From Kudoa neothunni (Eukaryota; Animalia; Cnidaria), in contig OZ199840.1 in assembly GCA_964304625.1 (NCBI GenBank), positions 2,406,787 through 2,470,786 on the forward strand: 64,000 bases of DNA, read 5' to 3'. The first letter of the stretch is position 1. The number at the start of each line of letters is the position of its first letter. This document shows positions 40,888-52,828 of this stretch, piece by piece. The translations under genes were made by a program, and so were the position numbers. The notes under the pieces were generated by a model. It searched no databases, was not told the origin of the DNA, and saw only the letters and a program-made list of their open reading frames with translations.

Positions 40888-42031
40888 TTATATATATATA
40901 AAGGAGGACTGTCGATATGTTTGTGTGTGTACGTCCTAAGTACGCATGTGCGGATAATTTTTTCCTTATAGAGAGTCATATATAAAATTTTTATAAATTT
41001 ATGATATTTAAAAAAATTGTTTAATTATTTTCGAACTACTAAAGTTTCCAAAAGGTATTTATGAAATAGTGATTTTGTCGATTTAAAGTTGTTTATTGGA
41101 TTACATGCGTTCAACTATAGGATTAACGCTTGCTTGTGTCGTGGTGATGGTCGGTTGAAATTAATTATCTCCCTTATATACTCTATCATGTGTTAATTGA
41201 ACGATGCCATCTGTCTTTACGTATAAGATTTTTGCGTTTATTTTGTTGTTTTGCTCAAAATAAATTCCTTATATCAGGAGTTTTAATGTAATTGACTTGA
41301 TAAACACCATTTTAAAGGCTCTATTAGTGGATTTAGATACGAAAAAATGTCAATATTTGCGTTATTATTTAGTTGGTTATGCGTGTTATAATTGGATAGA
41401 TTGAAGCATTATAACGCAAGTACTATGTCCCAAGATTTCATTGAAACCATCCGTTATGTTGAACTTTCAATGATTCCATTCAATGTAGATGGTTGTATGG
41501 TTACTTCATCCATTTATTTAAATTATTTGTTAGAAAAAAAACGCGCATTAAAGTTTTTGCGTACCAAAAGATATTAATTTTAGCAATATCAATTAATTTT
41601 CATACGTTTTCTATCTCTATTACTTTCTTCATTCTTTGTCTCTTAAAAAGTTAGTGGTATACACAGTTATCGAGTTGGGCCAGAATTCGATTTTTAAAAA
41701 TCTTTCGGGCTAAAAAAATAACGTTTTAGATAACACTTTAACGGGGTTTAAATAATTCGGGAATGAAAAAAATACGATGCTGACCTTAATTTATTTAGCG
41801 CTGGTGCCGAACCATGAAATTTTAAAATGAACGCCAGGATTGGAACATACCTTCAAAGAAATGAACATAATTTAAATTTCGTAATCCAAATCGTTAAAGT
41901 ATATTGTCTAAAAATTTTTAGTTATTTTGCATCTATGGGTTAATTTTAGACTTTAGTATATTTTTCAAATATTGTTAAGAAACATACCTATGCGAAATCT
42001 TCCCCAAGCAACGCTGGGTAGTTTTCTGTAG
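40888..42031 (+). mobile_element. Non-autonomous Helitron, paralog of 22251-23390
   Basis: 5' TATATATAAAGGAGGACTGTCG. The 3' hairpin CCCAAGCAACGCTGGG is followed by GTAG|T (degenerate CTAG). Colinear with the reverse complement of 22251-23390. Confidence 0.82.
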
Positions 42032-42160
42032 TGTTTTATAATTTTGAAACAAGTTTTAATGAAATAAGAATTTTGGAGCATTTATAGTGGTTTGTTAAAT
42101 AAAAATGGTTAACACTTGAATGGTTTACGATATTGAGAAAAAATATTTGGTACAATTTAT

Positions 42161-43222
42161 AACCGGCTAAATTACGGTATACGGGAAATCTTCGTAGAAA
42201 ATTTTTGCGCTCTCGGGAAAATCAGGAATATTTTAATGTGAAAATATAATCATAATATATTTAAAGTGGGTGCTTAATTCTTGTTTAAAATATTTCCTTC
42301 TAAACAAGAAGTCAGGTATGTAACCATCTAGATTTTCTGGATTCTTATTAGTGGCGTTCCTGTATTTTCGTTTGAATGCTCCCCAAGTAGATTCTATTCG
42401 ATTTGTATGAATCCCTTCAGGAGAAACATATCGCCGCTTATAAATGACAACCCCATGAATAAAGCCTAAATCTTTCGAAGTGTTGTATCTGCGCCAACCG
42501 TCTGTCCAAATGGTCGAGCCCGCCTCCACATTTTCCGTTATAATATTTTCTAGAACTTCTCCGTTCCGAATCTTGGTAACTTTCGGGAAGCAGCCCCCAT
42601 CCCCGTCGATCCCACCTACCATTCAATACTGTTGATTTTTTAAAATCCGCCCAACATCATATTTTCTTTTTGAGATGGCTGTTTCATCAATTTGGACGAT
42701 TTTTCCCTCGCCTCCAATTTTAATGGGCTCATCATCTAATTTTAGAGTCATCAAGTCTCTAACAACAGATTTCAGCTCCAATATCGTTGAATTTGAGGTT
42801 ATATTTAAATGTTGACGTAGAGTTTTATACGTCATATCTAGATGTTGGACGATATAAACCATTCCAATAAAAATTGTCCACAAAGCCAGCTTCGATAGTT
42901 CAAATATTGTACCTCTTCGGATAGAACATCTTTTATTACACACGCTACACCTGAATTGGTATCCATCGTTGACATCCTTCCTTGCAAATATGTACGTACT
43001 TTCTCCGCACACATATTTACGAAAAGTATGCAAAAGACCCACGTTTTGCAAAACCTTGATAGTGTATTCGAGGTCATCTCGAAAATAGCCATAATCAAGC
43101 ATTGTAATGCTATCAATATGCTCAAATGTGAATATTTTCTTATAAGATGACAATCCGACCGAAATTCCCGCGTACGAGCGAAGAATAACGAAGATTTCCC
43201 GTATATTGTAATTTAGCCGGTT
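42161..43222 (-). mobile_element. Merlin DNA transposon, about 1.06 kb
   Basis: TIR AACCGGCTAAATTAC..TATACGGGAAATCTTCGT at both ends. No clean 8-bp TSD; ATTTAT flanks both sides. Confidence 0.9.
42233..43153 (-). pseudogene. Merlin transposase with one in-frame TGA (42623-42625) and TTG at the expected start
   Basis: IGGEGKIVQIDET, KRKYDVGR, NQQY*MVGGID (the paralog has QKYWIIGGID), IWTDGW and IHTNRIESTW. Confidence 0.9.
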
Positions 43223-43568
43223 ATTTATTCATTTTACAATTTTAAATGATATTTAATGTAGTAATTGATTTCTTAGTTTTAGTTATAGAATAACTAGCAC
43301 ATGCCCATTGTAATTTCTATGATTTAATAGTTGGCAACAAACAATTTGCATGATTATAAATGTAAAAAGATAATTGAGTCTACATTATCATCGTAAAGAA
43401 ACTTTCATAAAATACTAATAAATTTTAAAAATATACAATTACTACAATTTTCCGTTGCTAATCTCTTATAAAAATCAGATTAAAAATAGTATGAAAATAT
43501 TTGTATAGGCGAATCAATTTCATATTTCCGATTGGCAAAAATTTGAATAATTTTTATGTTTAGAATTA

Positions 43569-43611
43569 TAGGGTTTCTCGATCTAACTCGACACTTTTGC
43601 AATCAAACTCG
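43569..43611 (+). repeat. Solo TIR of the Tc1 family at 32989-34378
   Basis: TA|TAGGGTTTCTCGATCTAACTCGACACTTTTGCAATCAAACTCG, near-identical to the Tc1 TIR. Confidence 0.85.
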
Positions 43612-44460
43612 ATAATTATGGATTCAAACTATAATTTTAAGGTTAAAAAATCAATCTTAATTATTTCATAGCACATAATTTTTTACATTAAGAAATTATT
43701 CTCATAAATTTTTTGTTCATAAACCTATGATAGACATAAATACGTGCGAAACAAAGAAAGACGCTTTCTGTTTTAAATTAAAACTATATCATGAATAAGT
43801 GTGAAATTTTGTGAAACATATAAGTTTTTAAAAGAAATGTATTGATCATGATATTTATTCAATATTTCGTGATGAGCACACCAATACGACAGCATTGCAT
43901 CTTTTCCTAATAGAATGAAATACATAAATCCCAAAGTAATTATTTTAACTTAATTCAACGATGACTATATTCTACATAAAATAGTAATTTTTAAAATCAA
44001 CGCCTTTGGATAAATTTAAAGCATTTTATTATTCAGTTTATTATAACTGTTGAGGCAAAGAAACCATCCGCTTGTAACATCCAGCAACGTAAAGAGGCTA
44101 ATATAAAGCGGTTTATATAGTTAGCGCCAACTGTATATTATTTCAAATAGATGCCGACCAAGATGGTGTAGGACATTATATCTTTCATGACGCAGAATTA
44201 TCTTCCAACCCAAATAATGACAATGATCGTGTGTATTTTAAACAATACATGGATATAATCGAATTAATTATTATATTTTTTGGCATGGGGAAATTTCGCC
44301 AATGTGTTGCGCGCGCGTGTCGATAATATTTTCAGATCAAGTCTTAGAGCATCAAGAATTTCAGCTTTTTAATTCTTCAATAAATATCATTCAGAAAAAA
44401 GTTTAGTTTTCTGATGATGTCAAGATAGAAAATGTTAAAACAAAAATTATCGACTTCCCA

Positions 44461-45668
44461 ATGGAAAAAATTGAAAATATTGACTTAATAAATGTTCACA
44501 ATCATATTCTTTCTGAGAATGATATCTCAAAAGTATTTTTGTGCAACAAAATAAAAGATTTTACCAATACTACGGCTTACTCAACCTATAAAGTTTATTC
44601 TGCTGCCACAGCCTTTACAAGATTAAGCGAACTCCCTATAATTAACAAAGAAAATATATATAATATAAGGAATGTTCGAAAGCGTAATTCCATAATAACT
44701 CACTCAACAAAAAACCTTCAAGAGTTAGATGTAAAAACTTTACGAGGAGAAAAATTTGTTTTGTATGATTCTGGTGTATGTTCTGATAACAGAATTGTTG
44801 TTTCATCCACAAGCACGAGCCTAATCCATCTTAAAAATTCTCGAGTAGCCATATCAGATGGTACTTTCAAATCGTGTCCGAAGGAGTTTTTACAGCTGTA
44901 TATTCTACACGGAAAAATAAACTGTAATGTCTTCCCCCTTTTTTATATACTATTAAAAGCCAGGAAGGAATCCGATTACTTGATAGCGATTAATATTGTA
45001 ACGAAAAAGTGTGAACAAATTTTTCCTAAATATATTGTGTTGGATTTTGAGGTCGCTGCTTTTGCTGCTATTAAAAAGGCAACAAAATCGGCAATTTTCT
45101 TTTGTTTGTTTCATTTTGGACAAATTATGTTTAGAAAATTACACGAACTCGGACTAAGAAGTAGATTCCAAAAAAGATACTGAATTTCGTTGTTTATTAA
45201 ATGTGTAACGTCACTGGCGTTTCGTTCCCGCTGAGTTTGTTGAGACTGAGTACAAAAAACTTCTAAACAAAGTCACCATGTTTCAGGATGTTAATTTAGA
45301 CCCATTTTTTCAATAGTTTGAGAAAAATTACGTGGGGCAGCTAAGTATCTAACTGAATAATGAATGCTTATTTTAGAATAATGAATGATATTCCGCTCAC
45401 TTCAAACCCAGAAGTGTTTAACCGACATTTTTACGCAAAATTCGATCAGTACCATCCTGGTTTTGACCATTTTTTTGATAAAATAAAGGTAAACCAAAGT
45501 AACACTGAAAATGAAATTGAAAATCGAATGTGTAATTTTATCTTATGTTCCTGCTTTAAAATATATCCAAAAATGCCTTCTTTAAAGGATATATGCAATG
45601 ATTATAAGTATTACGGCACGACATTTTTGGAAATTACTGCAAAATTATATAATGGGAAAATTAAGTAA
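44461..45668 (+). pseudogene. MULE (Mutator) transposase relic
   Basis: SDGTFKSCPKEFLQLYILHG, VLDFEVA, CLFHFGQ and TSNPE motifs; frameshifts and stops after 45180. Confidence 0.88.
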
Positions 45669-46284
45669 AAGATAATATACTGTGCGATTTGAATGTCTCG
45701 ACTTTTTTCAATGCGCGTGCGCGATCGTTGAGATATTTTTTATTATTAATTATATACAAATATGTTATGGATAAGAAATTTTCTCTTTGATATAATATTA
45801 AGTATAGTATTTTCTACTTCTCAAAAACATCAATGAAGCAAACAATTAATAAAATTCAGAATGTTATTTATATTATTATGTAAACCATAATATTTAGAAT
45901 TTTGATAAAATGCATTAATCTAATGAAAAAATATAACAAAATTAAAAAGGAAGGGTCATCACTGGGTATTTCTTGAACGTTAAGGATTGAATTTTTTTGC
46001 TTTTAAATATTATCATTTATTTTTCCATAAAAATCCAAATTTCTGAATATGCTGTATCCCGATTACAGTTGCAACGTTGGAGCACAAGTTTGCCACGCTA
46101 TCTACATTAAATAGTATTAGTTATGGTTCGTCATCATGGCAATATTGAGAGTTTGTCTGATTCAGATTCCTGTAAACATGAAACTTCTCTTGTTCAAATA
46201 TCGAAGCAGAAAACAAAAGCAAAGGACGACGATTTCCCATGTGTAAAAGGGAAAAAATACATTAAATAAATAATTCCAAATATA

Positions 46285-48458
46285 CAGTCGGTGGCCACTA
46301 ATTCGTAACCCCTCAGGGACGGAGAAAATTTACGAATTATACGTCAGTAACGTCTAATTCGTAATGGCTTTGTGTGCGTGCACGTGTGAAAAAAAATAGC
46401 ATGAAAATTTTGATTTTATTATTTAATTTTTAAGGCTTTCTAAAATAATCTGTTATTTTTTATTGTATTTGAGTTTTTTCAATATACTCATACACATGAT
46501 TCTAATTTAGCTAATTCATCACCTCAAGAGTAACCAGCACCTTTGAAAAATATTTTCAAATTTTCTACAAAAATTGGAGAATCTTAAGAAGTGAATTTAG
46601 GCTCCACAGGTTCGTCCTCTACCTCTTCAGGCTCGCTAACGATTTTCTCGTATGAGATGTTCTCTAAATTATCGCATACGGAGAACAAACTTTCTTCTAT
46701 ACCTAATTCATCGACTTCTTCTAGAGATGTAGAACTATCTGGAGATAAAATTTTATTGGAATTTTCTGGTTCATTTACGGATGTTTTTAAGCTGAAACCA
46801 GATTTAGAAAAACAATTAATAATTGTTTCAGGAACTAATGAATTTCAAGTAACCTTAATAAGCGTCATTGCCTCCCATAAATCTACAGGTTTTATATCCA
46901 GTCCAAATCCTGCACGAAGCGTATTTCGCCTCGTTAAGTCTTTTCAGTATGTTGCCTTAAATGAACGAATAACACCTTGATCCATTGGTTGTAGGACCGA
47001 TGTGGTGTTTGGGGGAAAATAGACTATTTGATCGTTGGAGAGTTCCGTGTGTTGATGGTCACTGTTGTATTTTTTTAAATTACGCTTGAATAAGACACAC
47101 ACTTAAACGACACAACACCTCGTAATCATTGTTTAAATAAACAATTAATGTTATTTTAAATAAAGGATTACAGTCACTTGCATTTTCCATTAAAAGAACA
47201 ATTTTTTTGTTTCTACTTCTGAAAATACTGTTAAGTTTTAACAGATAATTTCTAAAAATGCTTGCTGTCATTCAGCCTTTCGTGTTGTACTCATAGGGAA
47301 CTGAAGTAGTATTTATACTTTTAAAGAATCTAGGTCGGGCATGATGACCTATCACTAAGGGGTCTAGCTTTTCACCATTCATTGAGACTCCAAGTAGTAA
47401 TGTAATCCTTTTTTTTGACTTTTTACCACAAGACATTATTTTCAGTAGCAGAAACGTAACTTTTTCCCATAATAATATAGATAAACACTTAAGCCAAAAT
47501 AATTAATTGTAGAATATTGTATTATAATTTCGATCATAACGAAAAAATAATAAAGTACTCATTTGGCGCCCACAAAATAATCATATTGTGGAAGTAATGC
47601 GATTAGGAAAAATTTTTCATTTAATGTATGTAAAAATATCCAATCGAAATAAAACTAACCACTTTTAGGAAAAACTCACGAGGCGTTGATTGATAGAACA
47701 ACGCAGTCTCGTCGATATTGTATATTTGATCCTCTTTATAATTTTCAAGAATTTTTAGAAGTTGAGTCTTCCATTCGGTGATGATTCCTATGGGTACCAT
47801 GTTAGCATCGCCATGAAAACTGACTTTTTTTAATTGAATCTATTTTTAAAGCCGCGAGACCATCCGTAGCTAACATTTTTGAAATCGTCATCAGAAGCAC
47901 CGATCTCATTTCTTTTATTAATTATTTCGATGGACGGTAATTCGATACTTTTCGACCTCATCCAATTGAACCACCCATAAACACGTTGATCGGCTTCATC
48001 TTTTCCTTTCCGCATTGATCTTCGTTGGGATGGAAGCAATTGATTCTCAAATGATTGTGTAATTTTAGCCCTTTTTTCTAAAATGCCATTTAATGTTAAA
48101 ATATAACCTATTTTGAAGTGTTTAATAGTTTCCGTCTTTCTATTTAAGGGTGGCAAACTATCATAATATTTAATTGTCATATTTCTCTTGAAGCGTTCTG
48201 AATTTGTGAATCATTTTTTCGGGCATTTAGAAATAATTACGAATTATCGGTCAATTTTTACCAAAACGTGCAATGAATTAGTACGAATTATCAGTCACTA
48301 CGAATTATCGGTTAATACGCACTTTTAAAACTTTTTGTTTGACAAAATAAAAAAATAACTCGTACATTTAATTAACAACTTATAATAAACGTTATTTGGA
48401 AAATTTAACCGAATGGATAAAGTTTTAAGGGAAGTTACGAATTAACGGTCACCTACTG
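46285..48458 (-). mobile_element. pogo/Tigger-like DNA transposon with decayed transposase
   Basis: TIRs CAGTCGGTGGCCACTAATTCGTAAC / CAGTAGGTGACCGTTAATTCGTAAC with TA TSD. CENP-B-type HTH (VYGWF...GWSRGFKNRFN), NIDETALFY, KRITLLLG...GEKL and FPPNTTSVLQPMDQG. Confidence 0.92.
47063..47172 (+). mobile_element. 110-bp solo LTR-like insertion
   Basis: TGT...ACA ends, exact 5-bp TSD GTCAC (47058-47062 / 47173-47177) and internal AATAAA. Removing it restores the pogo frame MENASD|HQHTELSN. Confidence 0.8.
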
Positions 48459-49479
48459 TATATGTTGCGTCAATGTGTATAACTTTCGGGTATTTTTGAT
48501 AAATTTTTTTCAATGTTTTTGTGATAAAACATATGTAATTTAGCTGGTCATCGTCATCTTTACAAACATCTAACAGGATATTATCCCCATGTATATTATA
48601 TAATCCATCAAAATTGTTTGAGAGTTTTGGTGATTTAGTGGATTTATATTTTAAAATTCTAACGTTTATGAGACTAATTGGGATGTCTAGATCGGCTTCA
48701 AGTGATAACTTAGCTTTTTTATTATCACAAACCCAATTAGAATACTTCCCAAGATTCTCTTGAATGGACATAGGCAATTTTTGGTTATGTTAATAACATA
48801 GAATATTGAATCGTTCATGGTTGTGCATTACATTGTACTTTGACACGTATAAATAACTGTCAGTACTCGAGATAATTATAAAAGCTTCGAAGCCATTAGC
48901 TAGCTGTGAGCTTAGTCTAATTATATTTTTTTCGTAGTTTTCTATTATTTCCATTCGGAGATATATATTTTATATAACGATATTGCAACTCGTTACAATC
49001 AGTTGACGAATGCTTGATGCTTCTTTCAACGAGATAAGTATAACCAGATTTCTATTTCTATAAGGAATTTAAAATTGTTCTCTTTACTTGTAAACCTGAA
49101 TGAAATATTCAAGAGACTGCTTCATCTCTGAATAAGAATAAAAACGACTTTGGAATAACTCGTGTTCCGCCATGCTTATTACCCCCGATAAATTAACGCA
49201 GGTCGTCTTTTCTTTTGAGCAAATTCTCAAAAAATTTCTCCTATAGTATCTATTCATATTTCTACTGTATTTTTAACTTCTAAGAATAGCTTGAATGCTA
49301 CAAACGAGAATCTAATATGTTATGAACTCTATAAACATAATTGATGGCTGAAAACGAACATAAAAATATATTGTATGGCATTAATATGTTCGCTTGAAGT
49401 AATATGGAGTCTAAGGCATGAAAAACGCAAGAATAAAAATTCATTAATCCTCGTGCATGCACATTTGTAATTCAAATCA

Positions 49480-50045
49480 GGATGATGTCCACCGTTTGGA
49501 TTTTCCCCAAGACCTAGGGTTTTTTGTGGTCACTTTGGGTTCTTGTTTTTTTTTTTCATTTTTCTTTAAAATCTTTGGTTTTTATTGAAAACCTGTGAAC
49601 ATTGAATAACAACACAAATTTTATTATGTGTGACATTAATATTTATATTTTTAGTAACGTATCCTGCTCAGATTATATCGTGCAGGGTTTAAACATTTAC
49701 ATTATTGAACGACAGCACAATAGATTGTTTAGCGTGGCACGATTGCACAATTAACATCGCACATTATTAGAAAATTTGATGTTATTTCAAAATATATCTT
49801 GAACTATGAATGAATGAATTAATTATGAGCATATTGACCTATACAAGACATTAAGTTTGAATGAGTGTTCCCGCCAATAAATTGCAATAATACGACGATA
49901 AATTTAAATTTAATATCTGTAGACGCATTTGAAGACTCGGAAGATGATTAAAAACTTTAATAGATATGAGCCTATTTTTTGTTGTACTTTAGACTAGCTT
50001 TTTTCTCGACTTTGGGTTATTTCTAAAATCCTGCTGGAAGCCCTG
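49480..50045 (-). mobile_element. Non-autonomous hAT-like element, uninterrupted paralog of 58682-62450
   Basis: The minus-strand end reads CAGGGCTTCCAGC. It is colinear (inverted) with 58682-59042 + 62061-62071 + 62281-62440. The left boundary is approximate. Confidence 0.75.
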
Positions 50046-50097
50046 GGCACATACACAAACAAACATACCGACAGTCCTCCATTATATATATAAAGGA
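50046..50097 (-). repeat. Helitron 5' end fragment
   Basis: A|TCCTTTATATATATAATGGAGGACTGTCGGTATGTTTG matches the start of 40888. Confidence 0.7.
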
Positions 50098-51170
50098 TGT
50101 AATTTTTTGGCTAACTTTATTATATTCATATTTATAACTTGGACCTCTTTAGAGGATAATATGTTATATTGAATGCTAGATTTAAAATAAATATGAAATA
50201 ATTCTATCAGAGTCATTTTGAAATATTCCATGTTTACTTAACGAGTACCATTAAATTTTCATAACTTCAGTTAAAATTAAAGTTTATTAAGTATAAGACC
50301 TATTATTTCAACCGTTACTTACAATAGCATGCCAATCACAAAATTACTATACTCAAAAAATCTATTTAATTTCTTATTAAATTTTATTAATTGGAAGCAT
50401 TTTCAACTTTATTTATATACTTACTTTTTGGATTGTACCAAAAATGTTAGAAAAACCACCAACAGTTATTTAAATTCTCAAAAAAACGCGTAGTCAACAA
50501 TGCGGCCCTCCAAGCTTCTGTAAAGCGCTGATGTGACCCGCACCCCTACGAGTTGTATCCACCTATGCTGTATAGGATGCTATAAAATATCTAAGGCACT
50601 GTGATTATCGCTCCATCATTTTAAATTTCTGCTAACAAATCAATTAAACTCAGCCAGATTAAAAATTAGAGCTAATCAATTTAATTTATAAGTTTAAATA
50701 AATAATAATTTTAAATTATGAGAAGCATAATAAACAAATAAACCTTGAAACATGTATCTTATCGATTCGTAAGTTTTACACTCAGAATCTGGTTATATTA
50801 ATGTGGCAATTTTATTTTTTTGTTTAAAATAAAGTAACAATGCTAAAGTAATCAAATGAGAATTCTGAATTAACACACATACATTAAAGTAATGTATTGA
50901 CAGTCTCCACGTAAGTCAACACAACTCGCGTGCGCATTCGAATGTTAGAGGAGACACCGCAAGCCGTTCTTTGGTGACCCACGTCCTAGGTCTTAGGTTA
51001 TTATATTAGTAATAAATGAGAAATAAGCCCCCATCAAAATATAGAATTATTTAAAAATATACAGTACAATAAAATATTACTCCATTATTCCTTATTATTT
51101 ACAACTTTGCCAAAGCTGCTACAAGTAAACATTTTAAAATTTTTTCTTTATCTACACTAAATGGGATTCT

Positions 51171-51192
51171 AAAAAAAAAAAAAAAAAAAAAA
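51171..51192 (+). repeat. Poly(A) tract, 22 nt
   Basis: Pure A run. Confidence 0.85.
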
Positions 51193-51249
51193 GATTGTTA
51201 AACTTTTTGATATTGGTTCGAAAAAAATAACGGAATCAAATTAAAGCTA

Positions 51250-52093
51250 TAGAAAAATATATCATGTGATCAACGTGTTTATGACTGGGCTTTCTGGGAA
51301 AGATCCAAAAAGATTAAATTAAACGCGTAGTTATAATCAATTAAAGAAATGCGGTATCAACAAAATAAAGCAAGGGTAGTTTAACGTGAATGTTTTCAGG
51401 AATTTATGAATGACTATAATACGAAGAAAATAATTTTTTATGAAGAATCCGCAGACGTTGATCTGACGACAACAAATTAATGGATAAGCCAATTTGATAG
51501 TTATCTGAGAGGTATTCTTGTGACTATATTTATAATATATTTATAAGGTTTTCCTAGCTATTTCTTCACTTTGTCAAGATATATCGTCACGTTGTCCAAC
51601 TTTTTCATCAAATTACCGTACGTTAATGAATACACTGTGAAATATACAAAAATTTATTTTATTTCGGCACGGAAAAAAATAAAAAATATATAACTCCTGG
51701 AAAATGTTTCATTCTAATTTAATATTACTATTTAAGCATTTTACAAGACAGCGGAGCATTTTCATGTAATTATCCAAATCATTCAGCAGGTGAAATAAAT
51801 TCTAAATCCTTTATCAATTAAATCTAAAATTTGGATTCGTTTCGTGGTTGGTTCATAATACTGGGTATTTCATGTGCCGAAATGATTATCCCTCGTGCGT
51901 CGAAAAATTTCTTATTCTTTAACTTGAAAACACCTCCTGCTCGTTATTATTATCAAATATACTATTGAGTAATAAATACTTAATAGAATTATCGCTTATT
52001 TTCAATATTTTAGTTATATGTGTACAAATACGAAAATTTTCTATGAAATCGACTATTTATATACACATGACGAAATAGCTTGGAAACCCCTAT
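51250..52093 (-). mobile_element. Decayed Tc1/IS630-like relic
   Basis: LDNVTIY (cf. MDNAKIH), YSHS..PEN (cf. YSPFLNPIEN) and a terminal GGAAACCCCTATA. Confidence 0.4.
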
Positions 52094-52681
52094 ATATTTG
52101 ACAATTAACTAAATTCACGCGTATTTCAACAAAATAACATTTATTTTTATATCGATTAAAAAACCCCACGAAACATATAATATCATATTCGTCAATTAGA
52201 ACAGCGGTTTTCAAAATAGGTTCCATGAAACTACAATGAAAAACAGAATTTAATCAACAAAAAATCGATACGGATCGTATCTTATGATGGCAGTGAATTT
52301 TGTTGATAGCTAAAGTTGACAGCACTGGTGATATCTGACTTATGTTGAATAGCTACGCGCCAACGCACTTGCAGGAAGATTGTGCTGCTTTGCTGTTAAC
52401 ACAAGAATTTCTTCTATTCGACAAATTATTTTGACAATTTTTAGAGTCCTACAGTGGGTTGATGGTTAAAAAGAATAAACGCAAAAACATCATCTAAAGA
52501 AGACATCAAAATTGGTGAACTTACAAATGAACGATTTGCGAGCTTTAGTTCGAAAAACACGGAATATGTTCCAATATATTGTGAGTTTTAAATTATTTTC
52601 TTTATTATAATATGTATTTGCTATTCCAGTTTCGATAAGTGTGTTACAAATAAAATATTTATTTATTGTAATAAGTATTAA

Positions 52682-52714
52682 CCCATTAAGGTTAATTCAA
52701 CAAACTTTAATGGG
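52682..52714. mobile_element. 33-bp piggyBac-like TIR-only element / hairpin
   Basis: TTAA|CCCATTAAGGTT-9 nt-AACTTTAATGGG|TTAA; the inverted repeat matches at 11/12 and both sides carry TTAA. Confidence 0.6.
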
Positions 52715-52828
52715 TTAATTTAGATAAGGATTCCATTGCAAGCAAGGTTTGAGAATCGCTGAATTAGAATAATACTTACAGAGAAAAAAGAATCGCATAA
52801 ATTCTATATATACAATATTGAATTTTTT

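Larger units (their letters stand above)
45950..49175 (-). pseudogene. Second MULE (ZSWIM3-like) relic, split by the pogo insertion
   Basis: YQKYPKVIHIDATY is cut exactly at the pogo TSD (48459-48460) and resumes below 46282 as ...HGKSSSFAFVF. Outer limits are approximate. Confidence 0.6.

Noticed and set aside
44400-44450. Hammerhead ribozyme core CTGATGA...GAAA
   Set aside because: Stem II is marginal and no convincing stems I/III or cleavage triplet can be formed.
43569-52093. One giant Tc1 element formed by the solo TIR at 43569 and the end at 52093
   Set aside because: The match is limited to about 10 terminal bases, and the 52093 end lacks the diagnostic subterminal repeat.
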